This document shows positions 11,761 to 23,904 of a DNA stretch of 60,000 nucleotides, piece after piece (the stretch's first letter is position 1; every line of letters starts with the position of its first letter). A model generated the notes under the pieces. The model saw nothing but the letters and a program-made list of their open reading frames with translations. It did not search any database and was not told where the DNA came from. Both the position numbers and the translations under genes were made by a program. This DNA is from Camelus ferus. Taxonomy: Eukaryota. Location: the NCBI RefSeq assembly GCF_009834535.1, contig NC_045697.1, positions 10,604,001-10,664,000 on the forward strand, in the 5' to 3' direction.

Positions 11761-14700
11761 TAAATTTGACTTCATGGCTCATCATTTCTACAAACACTTG
11801 CTTTGTTGGACTTTGCTGGCTGACATCTCAGAAGCCCTCTTCCATGAGGCAGCAGTTTGGGTAATGCAGGATCCACCCTCAGCTTAAGGAGTGGGCCTTG
11901 ACTGCCCCCAGCCAACCTATTTCCCCTCCGTAGCACCGGTTCAGAGCTGGCCATGGGCCCTTGATGGCCCAACTGGAGGGAAATCTGGTTGAGCAGGAGG
12001 ACCAGTGTGGCTGGAGCCAGCCCTCTTTCAACTGCAAAGGGAGTTTGCATTAGAGTGGTGCAGACATTGTAGAGAACAGCTAGATGGAAAGCGGCTCACC
12101 GCTAGATCAAGCCTCACCTGAAGCTAGTTTCAGGTGCATGAGCCAATAATCCACTCAGTCGAAAGCCAGATAGAGATAGGTTTTCTGTATGAATCAGGCA
12201 AACATCCCATGATTACTCAAAAAATGCTTATAAGAGAATGAAAGAGATGACTGGAGAGATTTGATTGTAAAAGGTCACAGAGCCAACCCAAATAATCATT
12301 AATCCACTGGTGAAGTGTAAATAAACACTCGAGGGTGGGATGGAGGGCCCTAGAGGATCGCCAGCAAGAGTGATGCCGGAGGCAGCAGAGAGTGAAGGCT
12401 ATCGGACAAGGGTGGTGAACTCTGAAGGCGAAGGGAGGAGGAGCCGCTGGACCCCCACTCTCATCACAGTTCCGCTCCTGCCAGTTAAGTAGTAGTATTT
12501 CCTGCTAAGACACAGGCCTGGGTGAGGTGGGGGGTGGGGGGAGGAGGGCGGTGAGGGGGACAGCTATGGAAGGAAGCTTCTCCAGGGAGGACGTCCGGGC
12601 TTCATTCTCCTCCCCGCAGTGGGAATGCTCAAACACCAAGTGACAAAGTCGTCTCTGAAGACTGTTCCCTCAGCTCTAATCACAACCCAGGGCTCCTTGT
12701 TTCTGATGTAATCTGGTTCCCTGGATAAACCTGAACTATTTAAGGTGAAATCGGAGGTTTTTCAACTGTGCCTGTGAATAGAATTCAGGAGGATTTATGA
12801 GCTTGGAAGAAAAGAGTCTAACCAAAGCAAACCCCCCTTTTTATTTCCACTCTAGTCACATTTTAGCCTTTGATTCTCTTACGAAAGTGGACAGCCAATC
12901 TCTGGCAGTTTCTCTGACTGTCACTAAAAAGTCAGAAATATTTTTATTTAATATTCAGTGTTTGCTGATATACTGTGTCTGCTCATGGCTATTCTGAAAT
13001 TATGACAGTTATCAGACCCCTACTAGACGCCACTAGCTAATGACGTTAATAAACAAGCACATGCTACTGCTCTGCAGATTCATTTTTTTAATATTTTGAT
13101 ATTTCAACCCAACTGGTCTCCTTTATGACCTTGTATCTTTTATGTGATGTATTTAAAAATATTCTGAGGAAAAGTCCATAGAGTTCACAAGTCCATAGTA
13201 CCAAAAATGTCAAGGACCCCCGATCTAAATTTCTGCCATGTACTGATCTGGTGGGTGGTTCTCCTTAGGCAGTTCAGGAAACATCTTTCTGCTGCTTGAC
13301 AAATATGAATTGATCATCAGAGCCATCACGGGGACAGACAGGAGCCACCCCTCAACCAATGAAAGCCCAAATTCCAGTACGCTTGGTCAATGAGAAGGCA
13401 TCTTTTGTTTTGTTTTGTTTTTGGTTTTGTTTCGGTTTTAATTTAAAAGGGACTTACTTCAGCTTATGAAGGCTGAATTTTCAACAGACCAAGCAAGGCA
13501 GACCTGCCGACGTTGGGGTAAAATTAGCTGCGCTCAACAACTTCCTCCCAGCCTCGCGTGGCGTGAAGCACACTTGTTGGCCACTCGGACGAGTGTGCCA
13601 GGGGCAAGAGGAAGCTCTCCAAAGCGGGTCCCTCCCTGCTTCTTGTGTTCCCCGTGTCAGCAAAGGACACTGCCTAGTTAGAGAGGAAGTGGTGTTTCCA
13701 ATCTCTTTCTCTGGCTGTCCTAAAGCAGAGAAGTAAGAGTGGGTCAGAAAGCACTAGAGGGAAAAAAGCATCCAATTTAACCAAAGAACATAGGTTTCAA
13801 GTTCTGGGCTTTTCTTTGCAATGTGGGGCTCATCATAGCTCCCTGCCTGTATCCCAGGGACATGATGACAAGTACACGGAATACATATATACTTTAAAAG
13901 GTGTTTGAAAAACCACAAAATCCTATACAAATATCAGGCATTATTTTCATACCTATGGGAGGATGGAGAGCACACCACCATCGTGGGAGGCCGAGTAGCT
14001 CTGCGGGGACAGTGGAGTTAAGGAGTGGCTTTTCAGCACCGTTGACTGGCTGGGGGAATCATTTGGGAGGAGGATTTGCATGTACGCGGATTCCTTGGGT
14101 ACCAGCCTGTACAACGGCTGCCACGTGAAAGGCAATGTCAACACTCAAGGAACGAGGGCTGTGAAATCTCACCTAGAGGTGAGGGTCGAAGCAAGCCTCG
14201 GCACACCCGCCACACACACACTCTCTCTCTCTCAAATCTGTTTCTTTTTGTTTTGTTTTTGGCACAGATGCAACACCGGAAAGAGGATTTAGGGAAGTCC
14301 GCCCTTCCTGTGAGTAGAGGGCCCCACCTACCTCCCAGATCAGAGACATCCTGGCTTCAGTGTAAAAATGGGCTGAAACCAAGGAAGGTGGTTTTCATTG
14401 TTTCAAGCATCTTTTCAAATGAGAAAGAGCTTTCATCTTTCATCTCTAAGCAGACCTGATGCCTCACATATGAAGATCCTGCCAAAGGCCTTTGCTGGCT
14501 CTTTTTGTAACTAACACCATTTAGTTTTCAATAAAGGACAATAATACACTGTTTGGGAGCCAACTTTTGGCCATGATCACAAAGACTTCATCTTCTGCCT
14601 TAAGTGTGATTATTGGAGGAAAGAAATGTTAAAGCTCAGGTGTAAGAAAATGTACTAATTAACAGGAATAAGACGTTACACTCCTTGCACACTGAGTCCT

Positions 14701-15131
14701 TCATCTAAGACAGCGCCCCCTACGAGTCCACCGTGTTATCATTTTTGTGTGTTTATTCTTTCCCTATTATTTTTTTTGGCTCCGGAGTGGGTCATCTTTC
14801 CGTTTTTAAGGATTATCAAACTTCCCTGATTCAATGACTCCTTTCACTTTCTTTTTTGCATTAACTTTAATGAAATGAAGATGCATGTTTGATCAATATT
14901 GTATTTAGTTTAATGTGATACTTTCCTCTTTCCCCAAAAAGTTCTTTCTTAATCCAATGGTCTATATAATACACGCTGCCTGAAAATCAGGTATAAATCT
15001 GAAAAGGTGTCACAGATAACATCGTATATATTGGCTGGGAAAATCAGACGATTTTAGTCCTTCTCCATGTGTCAGAGCCCAGATAGTAAATTGATGCTTT
15101 AGGGAAATAACGGACACGCTTGACTGTCCAT

Positions 15132-15618
15132 GGTATTAGTTATCTGTTGCTGCACACATGTTATCCCCAAAAGTTAGCAGCTTAAAACTGCAAATGTTTA
15201 TTATCTCACACAGTTTCTGAGGGTCAGAAGTCTGGGGTTAGCTGAGCAGGGTTGTTCTGGCTCAGGGTTTCCCCTGAGGTTGCACCCAAGCTGTCAGCTG
15301 GGGCTGCATCTGTCTGAAGACTGCTGGGGGCTGGAGGACCAATTTCCCAGTCAATCACGTGGTTGGCAGGAGACCTCAGTTCCTCACCATGTGGGCCCCT
15401 CTCTAGGGCGGCTCACCACACAGCAGCTGACTTCCCAATGTGTGTGATTAGTGAGGGAGAGAGATGGGAGCCCAGAAGTGACACACCATCACCTCTGCCC
15501 TATTTGCTATATTGCATTAGCCACACAGACCTCGTGTCATGGTGCGGGAGACTCACGTGATGATGGGACCACCAGCAGGCTGCGGTCACTGGGGCCATGG
15601 TGAAGGCTGGGGACCACA
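15132..15618 (-). mobile_element. MaLR solo LTR (MLT1-type)
   Basis: GTATTAGTTATCTGTTGCTGC...CTTAAAAC...TTTATTATCTCACACAGTTTCTGAGGGTCAG...CCACA. Confidence 0.8.
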
Positions 15619-15623
15619 CCCAC

Positions 15624-16119
15624 TGTGGTAGGCTGTTCTAGTGATGGTCCCCATACATTGGTGCCGCACTAAGTTCACACCCTTGGGTAGTCTCTTCCCA
15701 CACTAGGCTTGGCCATGTCACTCCCTGCAGCCAGTGGACAATAACAAATGTGACACAGCAGAGATTTGAAAGGGGCTGGAGCACTGGGGCTCCCCCTCCC
15801 TGCTGCTTGCAGAACCCGTGGCTGGCAGGTGAGGCAGCACCAGTGAGCCTGCTGGGTGATGGGGCACATGGCTCCGCTGCCCTCGTCAACAGCCTCCTGA
15901 TGGCCAGAGGTGAATGAGGACATCATTCATCACCCAGCCCCAGGCTGGACGGGCAGCTGATTGCAATCACGTCTGAGAGCCCAGTGGAGATCAGCTGAGC
16001 TAACCTGAAGCAGGAATGCCACCCTATTGACCCACAGAATCAGGAGCTAAACAGATGACTTGTTTCAAGCCATTAAGTTTGGAACAGACTGTGTTATGCA
16101 GCAAAGGTCAGTTGATACA
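15624..16119 (+). mobile_element. MaLR solo LTR (MLT1-type)
   Basis: TGTGGTAGGCTG...TTGTTTCAAGCCATTAAGTTTGG...TTATGCAGCA...GATACA. Confidence 0.8.
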
Positions 16120-16428
16120 ATCATCCGGTGGCCTCGGCTCTGCTCCCTCCTTTCTGATTGTTTCAGAAATACATGGCAATGTGTTGAACAAGCCCCTCAC
16201 AAACCACACAGCACGCATGCCTGTTCCTTTAAGCAATGGATTATCAACCCGAGTGCTCCTTAGAATCATCTGGAGTTTTTAACAACGAAACATAACAGGA
16301 GAGGCACAGAACATCAGCCAGGGTCCTCCCGAGAGCCATAAACTCAGAGTCTATCGAGGGAGGGTATTTTTTAAAGGCTCACCTGGTGATTCTAATAAGC
16401 ACCCAGGCCTGGGAGCGACAGATCAAAG

Positions 16429-16616
16429 CAGTAGTTTTCAGAACGTGGTTCTTGAACCAGCAGCAGCAGCAGCATCCCCTGGGAGCTCGTTAGACCTGGA
16501 AAGCCTCAGGCCCACTCCGGACCAACTGAATCAGAAGCTTGCGGCGGGGCACCGGCAGCTGTGTTCTTACAAGACTCAAGGTGATTGCAGTGCACCCTCA
16601 AGTTTGAGAACCACAG
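16429..16616. mobile_element. MER5A-like hAT MITE (a second MER5-like copy adjoins at about 16234-16421)
   Basis: CAGCAGCATCCCCTGGGAGCTCGTTAGA...ACTGAATCAGAA...AAGTTTGAGAACCAC. Confidence 0.8.
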
Positions 16617-17035
16617 GTCTTCCATAGCAAGCACGCCTTTTCAGCCCCTTCAGCCACTGCCAGGGGCACTGGCTAAGAGGACTGAGGCCAGGCCTGCTGT
16701 CATTTGTGATATAAAGGAGCACAGGAGACAGTGTCCCTCTTCCTCATGTGACATATATGAGAGTCACATGTACCTGGAGCTACACAGGAGAGCCACACCA
16801 ACACACAAAGGGTAACACGAGGGAAACTGAAGGGCAGGGGACACCCTGACAATGTTATTGAACCACTGAAGCAACCAACCCCTCACAGCCGATACCCTGT
16901 CATGGGTGATATATTTTCTATTGTTTAAGCCACTCAAGTGATCTTTAGCATTGATATCATATCACCTTCAAAAGATCTCTAATTATGAGAATTATCTCCT
17001 AAATTCCGATGAAAACAATTTTAATCTCACTGAAA

Positions 17036-17082
17036 TACATAAATAGATAAATAGATAGATAGATAGACAGACAGACAGATAC
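17036..17082 (+). repeat. Compound (ATAG)n/(ACAG)n microsatellite
   Basis: ataaatagataaatagatagatagatagacagacagacagatac. Confidence 0.9.
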
Positions 17083-17121
17083 AGCCATAGAGCACACTGA
17101 AGGCAACTGAAAAAAATCACA

Positions 17122-17838
17122 TTCCTCAAAAAACTAAAAATAGACTTACCATATGATCCAGCAATCCCACTCCTGGACGGATATCCAGAGGGAACTCTAA
17201 TTCGAAAAGATACATGCACCCCAATGTTCACAGCAGCACTATTTACAGTAGCCAAGACACAGAAGCAACTTAAATGTCCATTGACAGATGACTGGATAAA
17301 GAAGCTGTGGTATATTTATACAATGGAATACTACTCAGCCATAAAAAAGAATAGAATAATGCCATTTGCAGCAACATGGATGGACCTGGAGACTGTCATT
17401 CTAAGTGAAATAGACCAGAAAGAGAAAGAAAAATACCACATGATATCATTCATATGTGGAATCTAAAAAAAAAAAAAGAAAGAAAGAAAGAAAGGAAAGA
17501 ACAAAAAAAAAAGAAGACACTAACGAACTTATCTATAAAACAGAAACAGATTCACAGATATGGTAAACAGACCCATGGTTACCAGGGGGAAAGAGGGTGA
17601 GAAGGGATAAACTGGGAGTTTGAGAATTGCTAATATTAACTACTATATATAAAATAGATTAAAAACCCAAATTTTTTCTATATAGCACAGGGAGCTATAT
17701 TCTATATCTTGCAGTAAACTATAATGAAAAAGAATATGAAAATGAGTATATGTGTGTGTATGTATAACTGGGACATTATGCTATCCACCAGAAATTGACA
17801 TACTGTAACTGCCTATACCTTAATAAATAAATAAATAA
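17122..17838 (+). mobile_element. L1 3' end (ORF2 C-terminus plus 3' UTR)
   Basis: ORF 17224-17466 (MFTAALFTVAK...[21 protein letters not shown]) is the L1 ORF2p C-terminus. (AATA)n tail. Confidence 0.95.
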
Positions 17839-17886
17839 GTCATGAAGTTAAACAAATGACTAGAGACATCCAAAGTAAATGGTCAG

Positions 17887-18394
17887 TGGATAAAGCTGTG
17901 GTATATCTATACAATGGAATACTATTCAGCCATAAAAAATAATAAAATAATGCCATTTGCAGCAACATGGATGAACCTGGAGATTGTCTTTCTAAGTGAA
18001 GGAAGCAAGAAAGAGAAAGAAAAATATCACATGCTATCACTTACATGTGGAATTAAAAAACAAAAACAAAAACAAAAAAACCAAATTTATTTACAAAACA
18101 GACTCACAGACATAAAAAACAAACTTATGGTTACCAGGTGGGGAAGGGATTGAGAAAGGATAAACTGGGAGTTTGAGATTTTACAGATACTAACTAATAT
18201 ATACAAAATAGATAAACAACAAGTTCATACTGTACAGCACAGGGAACTATATTCAATATCTTGTAGTAACTTATGGTGAAAAAGAATGTGAAAACGAATA
18301 TATGTATGTTCCTATATGACTGAAGTATTGTGCTGTACACCAGAAATTGACACATTGTAAACTGAATATACTTCAATAAAAATATATTTTTAAA
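17887..18394 (+). mobile_element. Second, independent L1 3' end
   Basis: Encodes [23 protein letters not shown]. 15-bp TSD AAAGTAAA(T/G)GGTCAG at 17872-17886 and 18395-18409. Confidence 0.95.
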
Positions 18395-18995
18395 AAAGTA
18401 AAGGGTCAGGAAGCTTGTAGACTCAAAAGGAGCTGCCTACCAACTGAGGCAGGGTGATGAAAGAATATAGTCCATTTTCTACTTTATACCCAGTGAACTC
18501 ACAATATCCTAAACTTAGACAATTAAGGTAAGGGCCACAGGCATTTACTCATTCAAGAAATGATCATCTCTCTGCTCCAGTCCAGATGCTGCAAGAGGTA
18601 CAGGGAATAAAGGGTGAACAAAATCAACAGATCCTGTCCTGAAGGAGCTCGTGGTGTACTACAGAGGCAATGCTGTAAATGCCATGAATAAGCCGTGTAT
18701 TCAGGGTTACAAAGTGAGCAGCAGAAACACGGAGTTATCATGCTCCCCTGTGGGAGGGGAGGGGGTGGGGAAGCTTGCAGAGGAGAGAACGCTTAGCTCA
18801 GGGCCACGAGGCAGGTAAGATGAGGTGGGGTTCTGTGGCACCCCAGGCAGAGGAAACACACGCAGTACGGGATCTGGGAGAGAATGACGCCATCAGGGAC
18901 TTACAGCAGGATGACCACCTGGATTCATGGCCTGGAATGGAAGGCGAAGGGCTCTGGCAGAAGAGAGACTGGAATGACAAGCAGGGGTCAGGCAT

Positions 18996-19105
18996 GGAAG
19001 GAAGGGAAGAAGGAAGGAAGGAAGGGAGGAAGGGAGGAAGGAAGGGAGGAAGGGAGGAAGGAAGGGAGGAAGGGAGGAAGAAAGGAAGGAAGGGAGGAAG
19101 AGAAG
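18996..19105 (+). repeat. (GGAA/GGGA)n polypurine tract
   Basis: About 110 nt of pure A/G. Confidence 0.95.
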
Positions 19106-19792
19106 ACTACATGGAAGAAGTTAGGACAGGAAGGCGAGGCCATGGGTCTCAGCAGTCACTCCCCTCTCTGGACCTCAGTTTCTCTGCATGGGAAATGGTT
19201 GGTGACGAGGAGAACAGGTGTCTGGAGCCATCTAAGGCGTCAAGAGCAGAGGAAACATCTTCAGACCGTAGCCGGAGCCTTCGCAGAGTCAAGGGGAAGG
19301 GCAGGGAAAGGCCCTTCCCATTAGTTAATAAGACTAATCTGACCGGCCCCTGGTTGTTCTGTACGTCAACGTGTTTCTGTACCTCCCTGAGTCCTTGAAA
19401 TCTAAGATGGGAGGTGTTATGCCAAAAGGAACAGGCATAATTTCCCAGCTTCCACCCAATTCATTCTCTTATGGCCCATTTTCTCAGGAATACAAGCTCA
19501 TGAAAATGAAATTCAGATTGGCAAAATGACAAAAGTTTTGCATAGATGAAACTGTCTTCTCCATCAAACGCTTAGAAAACGACATTTTCTCAACATCGGG
19601 AAGGGCCCGGGAGGTCTTTTTTCACTGCAGTTGAATATGTAGTTTATTATTTAACATCAGTATATCTGCTCACTTACATCAGTGATCACAGCAGCTTACG
19701 ATACAAACATATTCTCCTATTGCATCAGAAGTTGTTCTCTCAGGGGGAAAAGGAAAAGGAAGCCATCAAACTCCAAAAGACCTAAAATCTGC

Positions 19793-19975
19793 AGGAGGAG
19801 CTGACAAGTTTTTTCTGTCAAGGGCCAGGCCATCATATGTGGGCTTCGTGGGCCCCCTGGTGCATCGATTCAGCTCCGTGTGACAGTGTGGCAGCTGCCA
19901 CAGGTGATGTCTGCACAGGTGAGCATGGCTGGGTTCCAAGAACTTTATTTACAAAAGCAGCTGGCGGGCCCCTAT
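19793..19975. mobile_element. MER58-like hAT MITE
   Basis: TTTTCTGTCAAGGGCCAG...GAGCATGGCTGGGTTCCAAGAACTTTATTTACAAAAGCAG. Confidence 0.7.
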
Positions 19976-20184
19976 CAAATTCTGCTACTATTATTTCAAA
20001 TGACTTTTAGGTCATTTGTACAATAGCTTTAGCACAGGCTTTTTTTAAAAAAAGTTTTAAAAAACAGACTCTAGCGAGACCCCACCCCCGCTGACTCGCA
20101 GGGAAAAGAGAAGCCAGAGAGGGAGGCTGGGGAGCCGGGGACTCCGGGTGCAAGGCTGTCCGGGTCTTTGTGCCATGTGCTTAC

Positions 20185-20274
20185 CTTCTGCCATGGCCTT
20201 GACATTATCCAGCGCGGGGACCACCCTGGGTCTCAGCTTTTCGTAAATGCTGCCTCCCAGCAATAATTTAACAT
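20185..20274 (-). CDS. PROM1: Prominin-1 exon 8 (90 nt)
   Basis: Encodes (N)VKLLLGGSIYEKLRPRVVPALDNVKAMAE(A). atttag acceptor, gtaagc donor. Confidence 0.96.
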
Positions 20275-20545
20275 CTAAATTCAAAGAAGCAGAAGGGGCG
20301 GTGAGGGTGGGTTGCACTGATTGCCTACCCTCCTACCTCTCAGTCTCTTCACGCTGCAAGATGTCCCTGCCTGGAAGATTCTCTGTAGTCTCTCCCGCCC
20401 TGAAATCCCCTTTCACTCCAGACTCCGTTCAGGCGTGGACCCTTGCCTTGGGGATTTCATCGCCTTCTTCAAAGCCCCCACACCAGCGGTGCCCCCCGGG
20501 AAAACTTAATCACCGCAGAGGGGTCCCTAATCTCTCCAGCTGGAC

Positions 20546-20767
20546 CAGGGTTTCTGAACCCTGGCACGTCGACACTGAGGGCCTGATCCTTCTTTGTTGT
20601 AGGGGCTGTCCTGGGCACTGAGGGCTTTTCCCTGCATCCCTGGCCTCTACCGATGGATGCCAGCAGCGCTGCTCTCCCCTCCTCACCCCGTAGGGACAAC
20701 CGGAATGCCTCCAGATGTTGCCAAATGTTGTCTCGAAGGCAATACAGCCCCTGGTTCCTGAACACTG
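20546..20767 (-). mobile_element. MER20 (hAT-Charlie MITE)
   Basis: CAGGGTTTCTGAACC...CTTTGTTGTAGGGG...CTCCAGATGTTGCCAAATG...AACACTG. Confidence 0.85.
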
Positions 20768-21162
20768 GGCTGTGTGTGAGTGCCACGTGGGCGCGCAGGG
20801 ACCGGCACCACCCACCTGTCCCTCTAGTCCCAAAGCCACTGGTTTCTCCGGTGGGTCCATTTCTGTCTCTAACGATGGACCTGCCAGAGACCCATCTCCT
20901 CTCCCACGTGGGGAGTGAAGACCGGGTGATGGTGACCGCAGGGAAGCAAAAGCATTCTTACAATAAATGCTAGGTTTTCCTCACTGAGGAACAAACTACA
21001 CATTGTCAATAGCACTGAGGAACCACTGACCTGCTTTCCCCTGCTTTCACGCAGAAAATGTAGAAACAACTACTTCAGTTCTTCCTCCATGTTTTATGGG
21101 AAGTGGCCATAGCATCTTCCAGCCAAAACAAACAATTTGAGGCAAGTTTAGATTTTACTTAC

Positions 21163-21226
21163 TGTCCAGATCTGAGAATGCCTTTGCCTTAGTGATGGTG
21201 TACTGGTCCAGTACATAGTCGATTTG
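21163..21226 (-). CDS. PROM1: Prominin-1 exon 7 (64 nt)
   Basis: Encodes QIDYVLDQYTITKAKAFSDLD(N). tttag acceptor, gtaagt donor. Confidence 0.96.
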
Positions 21227-21300
21227 CTAAACACAAACACAAAAACAAAAAACTAAATGAAACCGCCTCTTCTCCTTAGAAGCCACAGTAGGAAGACGTT

Positions 21301-21488
21301 TAACACTACTTTATACAAAACAGATGAACAAGGTCCCACTGTATAGCACAGGGGACTGTATTCAATGGCTCATAATAACCTATAACGAAGAGGAATATGA
21401 GAAAGAATATATATACGACTGAATCACTGCTGTACACCAGAAATTAACACATTATAGATCAACTATATTTCAATTTTTTAAAAAAAAG
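21301..21488 (+). mobile_element. L1 3' UTR fragment
   Basis: ACTGTATAGCACAGGGGACTGTATTCAAT...TACACCAGAAATT...A tail, matching the other L1 3' ends in the window. Confidence 0.85.
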
Positions 21489-23312
21489 AGATTTAAAGGG
21501 AAAAATTATCCTGAATCAGAACATTTTTATAGGAAAGTGGGTTCTCAGAGATACTTCTCCTATCTGACTCCCAGACTTCTTCAAAATACTCAAAGCTTAT
21601 TGTCTTAAGAAATATGGTTTATTATTTCTCATGGTCCTGTGGATGGGCTATGTGGATTGCCTGGTTGGGGCCAGTGTGGCTGGGGATAAACGGACCCCTC
21701 TCTCTATGTGGCTTCTCCCCCCAAGGCCTGCCGGGTGTTTTCACGTAGCGGCCCCTGCAACGAGAGGACAAGAGTGGACCCTGCAAGGCTTCTGGCAGCC
21801 TAAGGTCAAAACTAGCACAAGGTCATGTCCGCTGCATTCTTTTGGTCAAAGAATCAGGTCAGAGGCACAGCCCAGATTCAAGGGGTTGCAAACAGATCCA
21901 CGTCTTGAAGGGAGGAGAGACTGCAAAGAATTCGAGGCCATTAGAAACCTACCACCTTAGCATCATTTTGTTCAGCAGTTATCGCTGATCTGGCCTCTGC
22001 TGGGGACACTTGCTCTTCCGTCTACTAGGTCTTAGCGGATCTGCTTCCCCGCAGCCTCTGCAACTTCGGGTATCACCACTTTTAAATAAAATAACTACTG
22101 CCAACCTTCTCGGTGCATCATGATTTACTTTTTCATTTCTCCAATTACTAGAGGAAAGCTGAATCTCTTATTGTGTTTGGGACCAGCTATATTTCCTCTG
22201 TGAATCGACTACTGACATTCTTTGCCCAGTTTCTTATAGATTTGTCAGAGCGCTTTCTTATACTTTGAACCAGATAAATTTCCCCCAAAGTCATAACAAT
22301 TTACTCTCCTTCTGAGATTAGGAAAGCAATTCCAAAGTTCACCAGCCATGACTGCTGCGTGTATGACTTTGCCAACTTTTTAGGGGGAACGTTTTACTTT
22401 GGAGTCGTTAGGATGATAGGTGGAAAATATGAACTTTTATTCGCAGGCTGGGAAAATGAAGCGTCCCTCTCTGCACAGGCTATGAAACTATTAATAAAAC
22501 TAGCTTCTCTAATCTCAGTATTAAAGAAAGCTTGCACGCTTTGCTATTTTAGTTCCAACCACATATTAAAAAACTAGCGCCATATTTAACATGTTGGCAT
22601 TTTTGTAGAATGTGTTCAATTTGGAAGAACACATCCCTGTGTGAGGAGGCCCAGGGATTCCAGGCAGGCTCTTACTAGTGACTCTGATAAGACAGCATCT
22701 TTGTCTCCGCATGTAGGTTCCCACACGCTCAGCAGCATGTTTGGGCTGCTTTCTGCTGAGATATTTTTAAAAACAAGGTTCTGAATAGGCAGGGCATCAA
22801 CATATTTCTGGGATACAGAAAAAGGATGCCCTCAAGCCACCCTGTCCCCTTCCCCAAAGACAGCTTGTGTCTGTGTGTCTCCTTCCCAAGGAAGTTTACA
22901 CATGTATATAGGTATTAGCAAGTAAGTGTTCACAAAACAGAAAAAAAGACCTAAAAACAAAGTAATACTTCAATAAATAAGTAAATACACAAATAAATAA
23001 CAATAAAATCTTAAAAATCATGAGACCCTTAAAATGGTTAAGTACTTTTATAATACGTACTATATGTTATACCTTAATAAAATAAAGAAATAAAATATAA
23101 TAAAAACACAAATTCAGAAATTATGCTTTTATACTCTTTTGAAAATCACTTGCTAGGCCTTTATTTCTTCATCTGCAAAATTAAGAGACAGCATCCATCT
23201 GCATTGATTCATTAGGTTTCCAGAAGGTCTGAATGAGATTCCAAATATATGCAGGAACTCCAAAAGGCCCCAGACACAGAGCATCACAGGATAATCAGAC
23301 CGTGGTCCTTAC

Positions 23313-23433
23313 CCCTGGAGTGGTGTTTAGGAGCATTCTCAAGTCGTTGAAATTGCTTTCTGCCAATTTCTGAGTCTTTCTGAGGTGAGTCCTCATGTGG
23401 TGGCTTGCCACAAAACCATAGGTGATGCCAATG
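23313..23433 (-). CDS. PROM1: Prominin-1 exon 6 (121 nt)
   Basis: Encodes (S)IGITYGFVASHHMRTHLRKTQKLAESNFNDLRMLLNTTPG. ccgcag acceptor, gtaagg donor, phase 2 to 0. Confidence 0.96.
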
Positions 23434-23904
23434 CTGCGGGGAGAGCAGAGGAGAAGGGACAGCGTTTACTGAGGGCAGCAGCGACCCTGTGGCCAGGTTC
23501 AGAGCAGCCCCGGGGCCCGGGGTTGGGGGGGGGGGTCTTCCTGCGCAGAGGCCCCTCCTCCCCAAGCCCAGCCCCGCCACTGCCACAACCTTCCTGCCAC
23601 AGAACCATAATCCACGCACCAGCCAATGTGACCCACGGAACAGGACTCCATCCTCTCAGAGAACACCCACATCCGTTCAAGAGACATTGTTCTGTTAAAT
23701 ACAAGCCTTATAAACCGAACAATGTTCACGATCAGTTATGGCGGAAACAGAAGTCACAAAGGTTACAGAGCAGCGTGTGGAATACAGTCCCATTTCTGTA
23801 CAGATGGGAACACAGGTGCACACCCTCCACGCAGCACACACACAAACCCCACACGCGTAGCTCTGCTTCCCTCACAGAAGACTCTCAGCAAAAACACCCA
23901 AATG

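Noticed and set aside
18775..19398. 207-aa ORF and the overlapping 146-aa ORF
   Set aside because: They stay open because they cross a stop-free polypurine repeat. The product is low-complexity G/R/K/E with no recognisable homology.
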